IMG/VR virus record: IMGVR_UViG_3300011431_000001
Coordinates: 1 to 54,285 of that record
Length of the DNA stretch: 54,285 nucleotides
Source of the DNA: a virus
Reading direction: 5' to 3' (one strand)
The translations under genes were made by a program, and so were the position numbers. Position 1 is the first letter of the stretch; every line of letters starts with the position of its first letter. The notes under the pieces are model-generated. The model saw only the letters and a program-made list of their open reading frames with translations, was not told where the DNA came from and ran no database searches. Shown in pieces: positions 25,402 through 34,620 of the stretch.

Positions 25402-25444
25402 TTTGAGAAACTATTTTGAAAATAATTTTGAAACAAAGTTTCAA
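25402..25444 (+). promoter_or_regulatory. Bacteroidota-type promoter (TTTG at 25402-05, TAATTTTG at 25423-30) with an overlapping palindromic operator TTGAAACaaaGTTTCAA (25428-44)
   Basis: Motifs read directly; the palindrome spans the -7 box through the A of the repressor ATG; three (T)TACAAC direct repeats lie at 25366-25390. Confidence 0.55.
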
Positions 25445-25845
25445 TGCTTACAAAAGGACAAATAGATCAATTTTATAGAGATGTAGAAAATCTGCGCCTG
25501 AAGTTCCCTGTAGCATCTATAACGGAGGCTACAGGTATGTCGAAGGGAAATGTAAGCAAATATCTAAGCGGCAAATTAAGCCCCTCTGAATCGTTCCTAC
25601 AACTATTCTATGAAAAGTTTCATATTGAAACCGTTCCCCGTGAAAAAGAAAATAGTAATCATAAACCTATCCATAAATTGACAAGCTCAACAAGCACACC
25701 AGTATTTGACATGAAGCCAGGAAGTGGCAAACCAAGCGAACATGATATTACTATTGAAAGTCTAAACAAAGTGATTAATGGTCAAAAAGAAATCATCATG
25801 AAATTGATTGATCTTTTGGCTATTAATGGAATAGAGAAAAAGTAA
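25444..25845 (+). CDS. CI-like HTH repressor, 133 aa (no S24 peptidase domain)
   Basis: ITEATGMSKGNVSKYLSGKLSPSESFLQLF. Confidence 0.6.
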   Translation: MLTKGQIDQFYRDVENLRLKFPVASITEATGMSKGNVSKYLSGKLSPSESFLQLFYEKFHIETVPREKENSNHKPIHKLTSSTSTPVFDMKPGSGKPSEHDITIESLNKVINGQKEIIMKLIDLLAINGIEKK

Positions 25846-26000
25846 TTTCCAGTAGTTTGGTAATCATACTAACCTTCAACTAATCCATAATATAAATTAT
25901 AAGAAAGTGGGTAACGTTCAACCTATGGAATTATTGCAGCAATCTTTTAACCAGGCATCCGTTGTAATTGATAATCATTAAACTCCAAACCTCAATTCCT

Positions 26001-26297
26001 ATGGATGCCTATAAAGTCCTCCAAAAAATGACTTTTTCTAAGTCTATGACCGAAACCGTTAAACGTGCTATTCGTGTTCGCCTTCAGACTATCCTGGACC
26101 AGGAAATTAAATCCTTTGAACGATGGAACGAAGTGATTAAACCGAACATGAATTTAACCAGGCAAAAACAAGTCTCCAGGGAATTCAAAAAACGCATACA
26201 GGCTATGAAAATTGTGATCCATGCATTGACTCCTTTTTTTGAGAGAACCGAAGACGTGCCGACTTTTGTGGTTAGGAAAAATAAAAAGGACCCATGA
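26001..26297 (+). CDS. Hypothetical protein (98 aa from the ATG at 26001)
   Basis: ORF track entry begins at a TTG; the first ATG is at 26001. Confidence 0.5.
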   Translation: MDAYKVLQKMTFSKSMTETVKRAIRVRLQTILDQEIKSFERWNEVIKPNMNLTRQKQVSREFKKRIQAMKIVIHALTPFFERTEDVPTFVVRKNKKDP

Positions 26298-26320
26298 GCC
26301 TTTATTTCAAATACATCACT

Positions 26321-26328
26321 TATATTTG
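26321..26328 (+). promoter_or_regulatory. TAnnTTTG -7 box (TATATTTG) upstream of the gene at 26356
   Basis: Exact consensus match 28 nt upstream of the ATG. Confidence 0.4.
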
Positions 26329-26355
26329 ACGTATCAAAATAAAATGATATAAAAA

Positions 26356-26562
26356 ATGAAGTCAATTAAACAAAAAATATTAGATAAAGGGGTAACAAAA
26401 CAACAAATTGCGAAAATGGTTGGCATCAACAATGCTACACTTTCAAGAATTATTTCTAAATCGCAAAGCTATGTATCTGAAGACGTTATAAACAATATTC
26501 ACGCTTATTTAGATGCCTTAAATACAGATGATAAAAATATTTTAAAAAAAGATGTCAAATGA
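26356..26562 (+). CDS. XRE-family HTH protein, 68 aa
   Basis: VTKQQIAKMVGINNATLSRIISKSQ. Confidence 0.7.
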   Translation: MKSIKQKILDKGVTKQQIAKMVGINNATLSRIISKSQSYVSEDVINNIHAYLDALNTDDKNILKKDVK

Positions 26563-26852
26563 TTTTGCTGTCAATTATTTTTGACTTACCTTTATGTCTT
26601 ATTAGTAACAATCAAAAACAAATCAAAATGACAACACTGAATTTCAAACGGCAAGATGGTTGCGAAAAGGTTTATTTAAATCCATTAGACAAGGAAACAG
26701 CAGAGGGTGACGTGCTAAAAGTTGTTGTACTGATAAATAATGACAACTCTATTCATAGCTACGATATTACCTATAGAGAGGGGCATTTTTATATGGGCAA
26801 CAGAACAGAATCAACAATCCTATTGCCTGAAAACATTATTTTACAAGATTAA
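26559..26852 (+). CDS. Hypothetical protein (97 aa with a hydrophobic N-terminus, or 74 aa from the ATG at 26628)
   Basis: ATGA overlap with the upstream stop; alternative start MTTLNF. Confidence 0.5.
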   Translation: MILLSIIFDLPLCLISNNQKQIKMTTLNFKRQDGCEKVYLNPLDKETAEGDVLKVVVLINNDNSIHSYDITYREGHFYMGNRTESTILLPENIILQD

Positions 26853-26862
26853 AAAACCAGAA

Positions 26863-27069
26863 ATGAACAAGACAATAACAAATATTATCTATAGCTATTT
26901 CGATAACAAAGAAGATAAAAGATTGCAATCATCAACAGGTATTGACATCGAAGGTAAAGTAACCCCCTCAAGAATAAGGGCTGCCGTTATAGATAAATGG
27001 AATAAAACAAAATACACAACCGGGGATTTCAACTCTATAGAAATAGAACACGAAGAAATAGTAAAATAA
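26863..27069 (+). CDS. Hypothetical protein, 68 aa (MNKTITN...)
   Basis: Internal ATG that avoids overlap with the previous gene. Confidence 0.5.
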   Translation: MNKTITNIIYSYFDNKEDKRLQSSTGIDIEGKVTPSRIRAAVIDKWNKTKYTTGDFNSIEIEHEEIVK

Positions 27070-27080
27070 AATTAAAAATT

Positions 27081-27191
27081 ATGATAGTAACTATGGACTT
27101 ACTCCAATTAAAAAAACTCATCAAAGACATTGAGTTTAAAACAAAAAAGATGAAAACGTCTCTCACATCTAAAAAGCCCCAGCTTCTTTAG
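27081..27191 (+). CDS. Small hypothetical protein, 36 aa
   Basis: Hand translation MIVTMDLLQLKKLIKDIEFKTKKMKTSLTSKKPQLL. Confidence 0.3.
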   Translation: MIVTMDLLQLKKLIKDIEFKTKKMKTSLTSKKPQLL

Positions 27192-27201
27192 ACCAGGGCT
27201 T
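27174..27201 (-). terminator. Weak hairpin terminator at the convergence of the late operon and the plus-strand module
   Basis: AAGCCC-16 nt-GGGCTT, followed by TTTTT on the minus strand. Confidence 0.4.
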
Positions 27202-27270
27202 ACCCAACTAATAGGAATTCTTTAAACCCTTTTTAGTTGCTGACAATATTGCCAGTAAGTTACGCTGTGA

Positions 27271-27651
27271 TTAGCAAAAAATAATCTCTCCATTTGTAAT
27301 AAAAAAATGAGCCTTGCATCCGATAGTTAATAAAACAGAACTACTGCCTGCAATCAGAGTTAAATCATTAAAATCATTTCCATTAATTTTCCATCTTCCA
27401 GGTATTGGCGAAGTTGTTTGAGGTACATTAGGGCACCAACAAACAACATAATGAGTTCCGATAACGCTGTTTTTATTGTTCTTATAACATAACGGGCATA
27501 CGAACCAAATTCCATCTGCTTCCTTTACACTATTAACAGTTTTAAAATTAGCATCGTCAATCCATTTTAAAAACTCAGGATTAAGTTCTATTAGCCTCAT
27601 ACAATATTGCCAGTAAGTTTTAAGTAGAAGAGGCATTTTCTTTTTTATCAA
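27271..27651 (-). CDS. Zinc-binding phage protein (DUF6527-like pattern); start ambiguous (27651, 27636 or 27600)
   Basis: WFVCPLC...H...GRWKINGNDFNDLTL...GCKAHFFITNGEIIFC. Confidence 0.55.
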   Translation of the reverse strand: MIKKKMPLLLKTYWQYCMRLIELNPEFLKWIDDANFKTVNSVKEADGIWFVCPLCYKNNKNSVIGTHYVVCWCPNVPQTTSPIPGRWKINGNDFNDLTLIAGSSSVLLTIGCKAHFFITNGEIIFC

Positions 27652-28069
27652 CTATTTCTAACCATATCTTTTCAGATTGCTGCACCTTATAAATTAAATC
27701 ACATAAGTCATTCATAGCAGCTTTGTCATTGATAAGTACATGATGTTTATCGTCATCTTTATAGCTGACAATTATACAACCAGCAGACGACAGTTCAGAT
27801 GTTCCATTATGGATACGTATTCCTTCGAAATCAGGGACATTAAAAACGCCAGTTAGTAGTCGATTAAATCTATTACTCCAAGTAACCAAGACAGGATAGC
27901 GACCATAAGGGATTGCTGTTTTAGCATATACCTTTAATCCAGCGTTCCATTCTCCCGGCTTCGCTCTTATAACATCTTCGATTGTATTACAAAACCATTT
28001 ATCGTTCACATACAAATTTCCTTCAGTTGAATGAGGATTATGAATTTTTCTTTCTAAAATTAATTTCAT
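27620..28069 (-). CDS. DUF5675-like protein; candidate cell-wall hydrolase (H...GC motif reminiscent of the YkuD fold)
   Basis: STEGNLYVNDKWFCNTIED...TAIPYGRYPV...VPDFEGIRIHNGTSELSSAGCIIV. Confidence 0.45.
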   Translation of the reverse strand: MKLILERKIHNPHSTEGNLYVNDKWFCNTIEDVIRAKPGEWNAGLKVYAKTAIPYGRYPVLVTWSNRFNRLLTGVFNVPDFEGIRIHNGTSELSSAGCIIVSYKDDDKHHVLINDKAAMNDLCDLIYKVQQSEKIWLEIVDKKENASST

Positions 28070-28425
28070 AAAAAATAAAGTAAAATTAAATTTATCAATA
28101 GTCCATATTGTAATAAAAAGCCGGTAATGCCTAATTTCCTCATTTGTTTATCAATCCATGAAGTTGAGCCAATGTAAAACCAGTTTTGGCCTATCATGAT
28201 GTTGAAAAGGCCATTAAACAGCGTCATGTAAAGCAACCCTTCAACCGCAGCCCCTAAAACGTGATCATGCGGTAGAAAGACTACCGAAGGAATGAGGCCA
28301 GCAATACGCAACAAAAAACCTCTGACATGATTGATTTTCTCTCGCTTTAAATATCTTCTTAGATCAGTCAAAAGATCAACGCCAAGAATAGCTAAAAATA
28401 TGATTGCTGACAATATCATAACCAT
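28066..28425 (-). CDS. Multi-pass membrane protein, 119 aa
   Basis: Several hydrophobic segments (ILSAIIFLAILGV, LLRIAGLIPSVVFL, GFLLQYGLLINLILLYF). Confidence 0.6.
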   Translation of the reverse strand: MVMILSAIIFLAILGVDLLTDLRRYLKREKINHVRGFLLRIAGLIPSVVFLPHDHVLGAAVEGLLYMTLFNGLFNIMIGQNWFYIGSTSWIDKQMRKLGITGFLLQYGLLINLILLYFL

Positions 28426-28757
28426 ATAAATATTAATCCAAGTATACCAATAGCGAAACCAGCATAATTAGGCCAAACACTGCCGGCTGGAAGCAAGACG
28501 GTTCCAATAAATCTTTGCCATAAGCCTGATAAATAAAATACAAATATTAATAGAAAGGCAATGCCAATACCATTAATAAAGCTAGTAGGATGAAGGGCGT
28601 CCCATAGTGTGACATTAGAAAATTTATCTGTGCCACTTCCGGAGCCCTTTATCACGTAGCCAAATAAAATGAATACAATGACTATAATACCTAAGAATAT
28701 TCTTACACCTGTAGCTAATAGATGTTCATCTTTTGGAAGTTTTTTGTCGTCTGACAT
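28416..28757 (-). CDS. Membrane protein, 113 aa (holin candidate)
   Basis: About three TM segments; adjacent to the candidate hydrolase. Confidence 0.5.
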   Translation of the reverse strand: MSDDKKLPKDEHLLATGVRIFLGIIVIVFILFGYVIKGSGSGTDKFSNVTLWDALHPTSFINGIGIAFLLIFVFYLSGLWQRFIGTVLLPAGSVWPNYAGFAIGILGLIFIWL

Positions 28758-28761
28758 AAAA

Positions 28762-29379
28762 TTATTTTTTAAAGGTTATTAAAAATTTTCGTGATCCAAA
28801 TATATAAAGTCGTTTATCATTACCATATAATGCTCCGGCTTCCCAAATCCCGTTATGTTTATTTTTGAGAAGGCCAGAGAAGCCTAAGTAAACATTCTGC
28901 TTTGTATCAGTCATGCCATTCACTCCGAAATAAATCTGGTTTCGTTTAGATTCGGGCTTTATTATCGTGGTTGTAATCGTAGGGATATTGAGGTCTGTTA
29001 TTAATCTTCTGCCGGCAATCCTATTTTGAGTAACCGTATCATTGATAATCACTTTCCCGTACTGGACTTTTTGGGTATCAGAATAAATTGCTTTTGAAAA
29101 ATAATCTCTGAGAATTACTGCCGTATCAACATCTTTCAAGTTCTCGATGTATAATGTGTCTAATTTATAAACCGGTCGCTCTACTTGAACAACTTTTATC
29201 AAAGATGGTTTGTAAAAAGTATCTCGTTTTTGTTCTGTCCATAACGTATCATGGGTAACAATTACTTCTGACTCTTTTACTTTTTTTCTATTACAACTTC
29301 TTCCGCATCGAAAGGAAAAGATAATAATGATCGCAATAATGATCAGCCAGAATAAATAACCAATCAGTCTTATTTTCAT
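28762..29379 (-). CDS. N-terminally membrane-anchored protein (205 aa from the ATG at 29379)
   Basis: MKIRLIGYLFWLIIIAIIIIFSF anchor followed by a beta-rich domain. Confidence 0.55.
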   Translation of the reverse strand: MKIRLIGYLFWLIIIAIIIIFSFRCGRSCNRKKVKESEVIVTHDTLWTEQKRDTFYKPSLIKVVQVERPVYKLDTLYIENLKDVDTAVILRDYFSKAIYSDTQKVQYGKVIINDTVTQNRIAGRRLITDLNIPTITTTIIKPESKRNQIYFGVNGMTDTKQNVYLGFSGLLKNKHNGIWEAGALYGNDKRLYIFGSRKFLITFKK

Positions 29380-29458
29380 ATGATTTAGTTTAATAAAGCC
29401 ATTACGAGTGTAATTATTAAAAGAATAGCGCAAACTTTTAAAGCATCATGATCCTGTT

Positions 29459-29821
29459 TCATTTTTTTTGTTTTAAAGCATCCTCAAAACCGTTTTTGTA
29501 ATTCATCCAATCATTAAATTTTCTTACCTCTCTACCAACATTATCTACCTGATCTCTTTGAATGGAATATTGACGAGTAACCTTTTCATCTAAATCCTTT
29601 ATTTGTTCTCTTAATGTTTGGACTTCTTTTTCATCTGCCTTCTGCTTTACCTCATTCCATGTATCTTTTGTCCTCATCCAAAAAACAACGAGTGCAATAA
29701 TACCGGCTCCAATATAGATAGCAGTCTGTGGATTAAGAAAATTCCCAACCCATGTTCTACTACTTTTAATTGATATGTTACTGTTTTCCTCCAACGTTCT
29801 CAGCTTTTTCAATATTTTCAA
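29459..29821 (-). CDS. TM plus coiled-coil protein, 120 aa
   Basis: AIYIGAGIIALVVFW followed by a K/E-rich helix. Confidence 0.55.
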   Translation of the reverse strand: MKILKKLRTLEENSNISIKSSRTWVGNFLNPQTAIYIGAGIIALVVFWMRTKDTWNEVKQKADEKEVQTLREQIKDLDEKVTRQYSIQRDQVDNVGREVRKFNDWMNYKNGFEDALKQKK

Positions 29822-30059
29822 TCTTGGTTATCGTCGGTGGTTTAGGCGTTGACTTAAATACCTCTTTCCAACTTTCAATAGCAATACCGACATAAAATAC
29901 AAGTATCATATAGAAAAGCTGATCCTCAAATGTTTCTCTAAGCACATACCCACCATAGAGATTAGAAAAGAAATAAATTACCCAAAGAATCATAAGCACA
30001 AGAGTGAAAAGTCTTTTGGAAGACTGTTCCTGGTTTGGCCCATTTAAGAATTTGAACAT
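29778..30059 (-). CDS. Membrane protein, 93 aa
   Basis: LFTLVLMILWVIYFF and LFYMILVFYVGIAI. Confidence 0.55.
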   Translation of the reverse strand: MFKFLNGPNQEQSSKRLFTLVLMILWVIYFFSNLYGGYVLRETFEDQLFYMILVFYVGIAIESWKEVFKSTPKPPTITKIENIEKAENVGGKQ

Positions 30060-30064
30060 AATTT

Positions 30065-30355
30065 TTATTTTTTTGATTGTAAAAATTCATCTTGTCTTTG
30101 TCTTAATTCATTTACCTGAAGTTGAATACCTTCCTGTTCTTTTCTATAAATACTATTTTGCAATTCCAAACTTTTAAATTTTTCTTCATAATATCGTTCT
30201 TTACCTTCTCCTTTAGTTTGACCATCTCTATAATCACTTTTTAATTCAGCGTAAAACCATACTGCTGTTGCAACAAGTATTATTGTGTGGCCAAATAACC
30301 ACATTAGAAATTTAACAGTAATTCCTTTCAATTCGCTTTTTTCTAAATCGGTCAT
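30065..30355 (-). CDS. TM plus coiled-coil protein, 96 aa
   Basis: FLMWLFGHTIILVATAVWFY followed by a coiled coil. Confidence 0.55.
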   Translation of the reverse strand: MTDLEKSELKGITVKFLMWLFGHTIILVATAVWFYAELKSDYRDGQTKGEGKERYYEEKFKSLELQNSIYRKEQEGIQLQVNELRQRQDEFLQSKK

Positions 30356-32490
30356 AATTGTATGGCTTGAGAAATTTTAGTACCATATTTTATTCTATAC
30401 CATTTTTTTGGTTTAATTAATATTTGATATGAAGTTGCTGAAACGGTAATAATAGTAGAAAAGCCTTCATTTCTTTTTTGTGATCGTTGGATCTCTACCG
30501 CACCTGCCGGAGTTACTTGCCAACTAAGCATTTTATTTATTCCGGAAAAAGAATTGATCACAGTATCAGTAGGCGGTGGAGGCGGTGGAGGTATAAAAGT
30601 AGTATCTCCTGTTGTTGCCCAAACAGTGTCGCTCCATTGAGCATAATTCCCGGCTGGATCAAATGCCCTGACATGAAACCAATAAGTATCATTATGAAGT
30701 AACCCTCCGGCTGGATAATCACTTGCAACCCATGTTCCACCAAAGCCCCAGTTTCCGGCCACATTTAATCCTTCAATTTGATACGCAGATACTTTTACGT
30801 TATCAGTCGCGTCTGTCCAATCGTAATCTATTTCGGTCGGTTTTATCGCTGTAATAGTAACAACAACTTTAGTCGGAGCAATTACATCCTTTGTCCCTGT
30901 CGTCGTTACTTTAATTTCTGTCCCTGGGCTAACCAATCCTTGTTTATTTATTTGATAAACAGTAAAACTATATTCTACTCCGGGAGACAATCCACCTTCA
31001 TTTAGAAATCTGTAAAAAGTTGAAATTTGCTGATATTCAATGCCACTTTGTTTGATTATTATTCCATAGAAATATATTCCACTCTCTGGATCTGAAACAG
31101 AATCCCATGCAATGCTAATAAAATTATCGGTTATATTCGTAGTTCTTAAATTAGCTACTGCCGGAGGTGGTGTAAAATCAACAAATGGTCGTGGTAAAAT
31201 TGGTCGTGGTGTATACACATCATTATTACCCTGTGTAAAAGTAGAAACATCAAGAGTGCCACCAGTTAAACATTTACCTTGAAAGGCCTGTTCTTTTCTT
31301 GTACTATTTAATATAGCCGCTTTTATTTCTGAATAATGTGCCGATTGATGACCGGAAGCATAAAGAGCACAAGCACCTGCAACATGTGGCGTCGCCATAC
31401 TCGTCCCTGAAAAGGCAACATAAATAGGATTCGCACTCCCGTCATACCCTGTGCTCCAAACATTCACACCAGGAGCAAATAAATGAACAGATAACCCATA
31501 GTTTGAAAAACTGGCTTTATTACCACTGATATCTTTTGCACCCACTGAAATAACGTTATCTATTTTATGATTGGCAGGGTAAAAATTTATGATATCATTA
31601 TTTGAATTATTATTCCCCGCCGCACAAACAAATAAAATATCAGCTAGTCTTGCCCTATTTATCGCATCACTAAGGGCAACAGTTGAATCTCCCTGATAAC
31701 CCCATGAATTACTCATAGCGACGAAATGAAAACCACTATCTACCTTCAACATTATAGAGTAATCAATCGCTTCAATGGCCGCTGATAAAGGACCACTTCC
31801 CTCTAAGAATTTTTCTTGAACAATAGTAACCTGCGGACATACACCAATTACGCCAATTGAATTATTTCCAGCTCCGCCAATTGTTCCTGCAGTATGAGTT
31901 CCATGATGGTCAGCAAAATCAAAAATAGTGCTATCATGATGAAGGAAATCATAGCTATGTGGAACATCTAGATTGGGCCCTAAATCGGGATGATAATAAG
32001 CTGCACCCTCATCAATATCAGCTACATATATTTTTTGGCTTCCTATGTTTGTCGCCCATGCAGTAGCGGCACCAATATCTTTCATGCCCCAAAGATCATT
32101 TGTTAGGTAAAGTGAATCATTGGGATAATCTTGTTTTGTTACTATCCAATTTGGAGAAACTGATTTAACGTTGAGGTTCTTTTTTAAAATATCAATAGCC
32201 GCCTGAACATCAACTACATTTAATATATCAACTGGAGTGCTATGAAAATTTCTCATAGCCTTTGTAAAGATTGTTCTTTTTACTGAGGCTCCCATCAAAC
32301 GCATTGATTTCTCATCTTTAGTATTCCACTGTACTAATACCTCATTATCCACCCACCTTTTGCCATCATATTGATTTTTAAATTGAGTAGTTTTAGGAAC
32401 TGTTTTTTCTAATGCTTTTTGATCTTTAATTTGTTTACTACAAGAAAGTAGAATTACAAAAACAAATAGGGTACAGATTATTTTTTTCAT
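30352..32490 (-). CDS. Lipoprotein subtilisin-like serine protease (S8) with C-terminal FN3-like repeats
   Basis: Lipobox ILLSCSK; triad contexts VADIDEGA, HGTHTAGTIGG, GTSMATPHVAG; PPPPPPP linker. Confidence 0.9.
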   Translation of the reverse strand: MKKIICTLFVFVILLSCSKQIKDQKALEKTVPKTTQFKNQYDGKRWVDNEVLVQWNTKDEKSMRLMGASVKRTIFTKAMRNFHSTPVDILNVVDVQAAIDILKKNLNVKSVSPNWIVTKQDYPNDSLYLTNDLWGMKDIGAATAWATNIGSQKIYVADIDEGAAYYHPDLGPNLDVPHSYDFLHHDSTIFDFADHHGTHTAGTIGGAGNNSIGVIGVCPQVTIVQEKFLEGSGPLSAAIEAIDYSIMLKVDSGFHFVAMSNSWGYQGDSTVALSDAINRARLADILFVCAAGNNNSNNDIINFYPANHKIDNVISVGAKDISGNKASFSNYGLSVHLFAPGVNVWSTGYDGSANPIYVAFSGTSMATPHVAGACALYASGHQSAHYSEIKAAILNSTRKEQAFQGKCLTGGTLDVSTFTQGNNDVYTPRPILPRPFVDFTPPPAVANLRTTNITDNFISIAWDSVSDPESGIYFYGIIIKQSGIEYQQISTFYRFLNEGGLSPGVEYSFTVYQINKQGLVSPGTEIKVTTTGTKDVIAPTKVVVTITAIKPTEIDYDWTDATDNVKVSAYQIEGLNVAGNWGFGGTWVASDYPAGGLLHNDTYWFHVRAFDPAGNYAQWSDTVWATTGDTTFIPPPPPPPTDTVINSFSGINKMLSWQVTPAGAVEIQRSQKRNEGFSTIITVSATSYQILIKPKKWYRIKYGTKISQAIQL

Positions 32491-32549
32491 TTTAATTGTT
32501 TTCGCTGTTATTAATTTTTTTTTATTTCATTTCTATATTTTTGAACATA

Positions 32550-32732
32550 TCAGTAGCAGCTTCGGAAACGGAGTTTCGCAGTCTTCCCTGTTTCCTGTAA
32601 TTCTGCAACCTGAATACAAGGTTGCGGTCGTGCCTTAGTAATGACATTTTGTAATTTATTGATATTATCTTTTTCTTTTTTACACCCAAATAATAAGATG
32701 GCTGTGATAAATAATAAAAATAATTGTTTCAT
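32550..32732 (-). CDS. Small lipoprotein, 60 aa
   Basis: MKQLFLLFITAILLFGCKKE. Confidence 0.6.
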   Translation of the reverse strand: MKQLFLLFITAILLFGCKKEKDNINKLQNVITKARPQPCIQVAELQETGKTAKLRFRSCY

Positions 32733-32736
32733 GCTG

Positions 32737-32913
32737 TTAATTTTTTAATTCCATTTGAATGCTTTTGAGCATATTAATAAGATATAAATAAGCCGATTCA
32801 GTATTTACAACATGCTCATAATTTGCATCTGCCATTGATTGAGTCACTTTTATTGGAGTGTTTTTTATCGCCTCTGCCTTAGCGATAATTTCATCAAGAA
32901 AAGTAGTAGTCAT
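32737..32913 (-). CDS. Small hypothetical protein, 58 aa
   Basis: Hand translation MTTTFLDEIIAKAEAIKNTPIKVTQSMADANYEHVVNTESAYLYLINMLKSIQMELKN. Confidence 0.45.
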   Translation of the reverse strand: MTTTFLDEIIAKAEAIKNTPIKVTQSMADANYEHVVNTESAYLYLINMLKSIQMELKN

Positions 32914-33029
32914 GTCTGCCTCCTTAATATTTTTTGCATGAAGTCTTCTAAATCTTCAAATCTCATTTTCCAATAATCAGGTTTTCTTTTATAATACCAA
33001 TAAACAATCGTTGCGAAAATATTTCTCAT
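32910..33029 (-). CDS. Small hypothetical protein, 39 aa
   Basis: MRNIFATIVYWYYKRKPDYWKMRFEDLEDFMQKILRRQT; ATGA overlap with the next ORF. Confidence 0.35.
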   Translation of the reverse strand: MRNIFATIVYWYYKRKPDYWKMRFEDLEDFMQKILRRQT

Positions 33030-33034
33030 GGCAC

Positions 33035-33331
33035 TTATTTAGGCTTTTGTGTTCTTAACCATTCTGCATATTTTTCATTAATGAAAGTGTAATACTGCCG
33101 GGCAAAATCATCCAATGCTTTTTTAGTTAGTACATCATAATTTTTCGTTGTGTACCAATTAGAGAACTCTGCCGCTGTTAATTTATTCCCGACTTCACCA
33201 AAGAATTTCTCTTGTCTTGTCCGCTCTATTGCAGAGCTATCAAAAACTGCTTTCCTTGTTGGAACGTTGATGTTTTGTGCGGAGCAATAACCGGCGATTG
33301 AGATAAATAAAATAATAATTAGTTTTTTCAT
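33035..33331 (-). CDS. Secreted small protein, 98 aa
   Basis: Signal peptide MKKLIIILFISIAGYCSA/QN. Confidence 0.6.
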   Translation of the reverse strand: MKKLIIILFISIAGYCSAQNINVPTRKAVFDSSAIERTRQEKFFGEVGNKLTAAEFSNWYTTKNYDVLTKKALDDFARQYYTFINEKYAEWLRTQKPK

Positions 33332-33347
33332 ATACCGTATTTAAAGT

Positions 33348-34619
33348 TTAAAAAACATGAAAAAATCCTCCTTTATTAAAAACTGCTGGTACGGCCGGTG
33401 CAAATTCTGCTTCTATCATTATACCTCTCCAGTATTGATCTGGATTAGCATCACTTGCATACCCAAAACGAGCTCGTATATTATTGAAATTACCAGCTCC
33501 ACTTACTACTGTCCATGCACCTCCTGTGGGTGCAACAGCATAAAATTTACTTGCATATCTATCTGTTATTACACCCGCAACTACACCTCTAGCTATTATA
33601 GTACTTTCAGTACCATTATCATTAAGTTTGGTTGTAAAATCACCAGTTGATGTTGTCGCTTCTCTATCTGCAGTTATTACTTCAACCCCTCTTGGTGCAA
33701 CCGTTGGAGTTGAAATTCCAGGAGCTGCCCCAAATATTTCTTCGGCGTATAATGTAGTTCCGTTTGATTGTTGGTTTACTAATCTTGTATTATTAGTTGC
33801 ACCGCCAAGCAAGGGAACAGCATTGACCCAATTAAATACATCTGTTGCGCCGGCTACATTGCCTTCACCTGTAGGTGCAGCAATCGTTCCTTTAACTATT
33901 GTTGTAGTTGTTGCGGTATGAGTACCATCTGAAGTTGGTATAAAATGATTGACATAACCTGCTCCGATTGGATAATCTGCCAAAGTTTGAGAAACTAAAA
34001 CATCATCTATAAAATAATCTGCTGTTGGAATAGCAGCATCGGTTCCAAAAACTATATTTGTTGAAGTTGAAGCTGCCAATGCTCTCGTGGCTTGACCACA
34101 TGCTGTGCCATCGACACTTACATCAATTGTCCATGGATTTGCACTTTGATCAAACTTAACATCAATTAAATACCAGACTCCTGTAGTAACGGTTACACCT
34201 GTCGCCCCTACTGATGTGCCTCCAACTATATGACCAGCATAAATTTTAGAATCAGACACTTTAAAAACTGCTCCGCCGATGGCCGTCACGGCTCCCACAC
34301 TCACAATTGGCAGATCAATACTTGGAAGTGTAGCAAATCTAATATATGCTCTTATTACATATATAGCTGATGAAGTTAAAGAAGCACTTGTTGACCAGCC
34401 TGTACTCACTCCCGCTGGATTAATTCTTAAAGATTGCGCTCCATTGTTAACGGTTGTAGTACTATATGTTACAACAGTTACAGATCCAAATCTAAAATGC
34501 TGCCCGATATCTGTAACACTACTAACACCGCATTCAAAACCACAAGTAAAAACTGGTATTAGAGTTGCATTACAAAAAATGCAAACAAAAAGACTGAGTA
34601 TTAAAAATATTTGTTTCAT
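33348..34619 (-). CDS. Signal-peptide protein with a jelly-roll/LamG-like N-domain (423 aa from the ATG at 34619)
   Basis: MKQIFLILSLFVCIFC...; GVWYLIDVKFD...WTIDVSVDG. Confidence 0.6.
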   Translation of the reverse strand: MKQIFLILSLFVCIFCNATLIPVFTCGFECGVSSVTDIGQHFRFGSVTVVTYSTTTVNNGAQSLRINPAGVSTGWSTSASLTSSAIYVIRAYIRFATLPSIDLPIVSVGAVTAIGGAVFKVSDSKIYAGHIVGGTSVGATGVTVTTGVWYLIDVKFDQSANPWTIDVSVDGTACGQATRALAASTSTNIVFGTDAAIPTADYFIDDVLVSQTLADYPIGAGYVNHFIPTSDGTHTATTTTIVKGTIAAPTGEGNVAGATDVFNWVNAVPLLGGATNNTRLVNQQSNGTTLYAEEIFGAAPGISTPTVAPRGVEVITADREATTSTGDFTTKLNDNGTESTIIARGVVAGVITDRYASKFYAVAPTGGAWTVVSGAGNFNNIRARFGYASDANPDQYWRGIMIEAEFAPAVPAVFNKGGFFHVF

Positions 34620-34620
34620 A

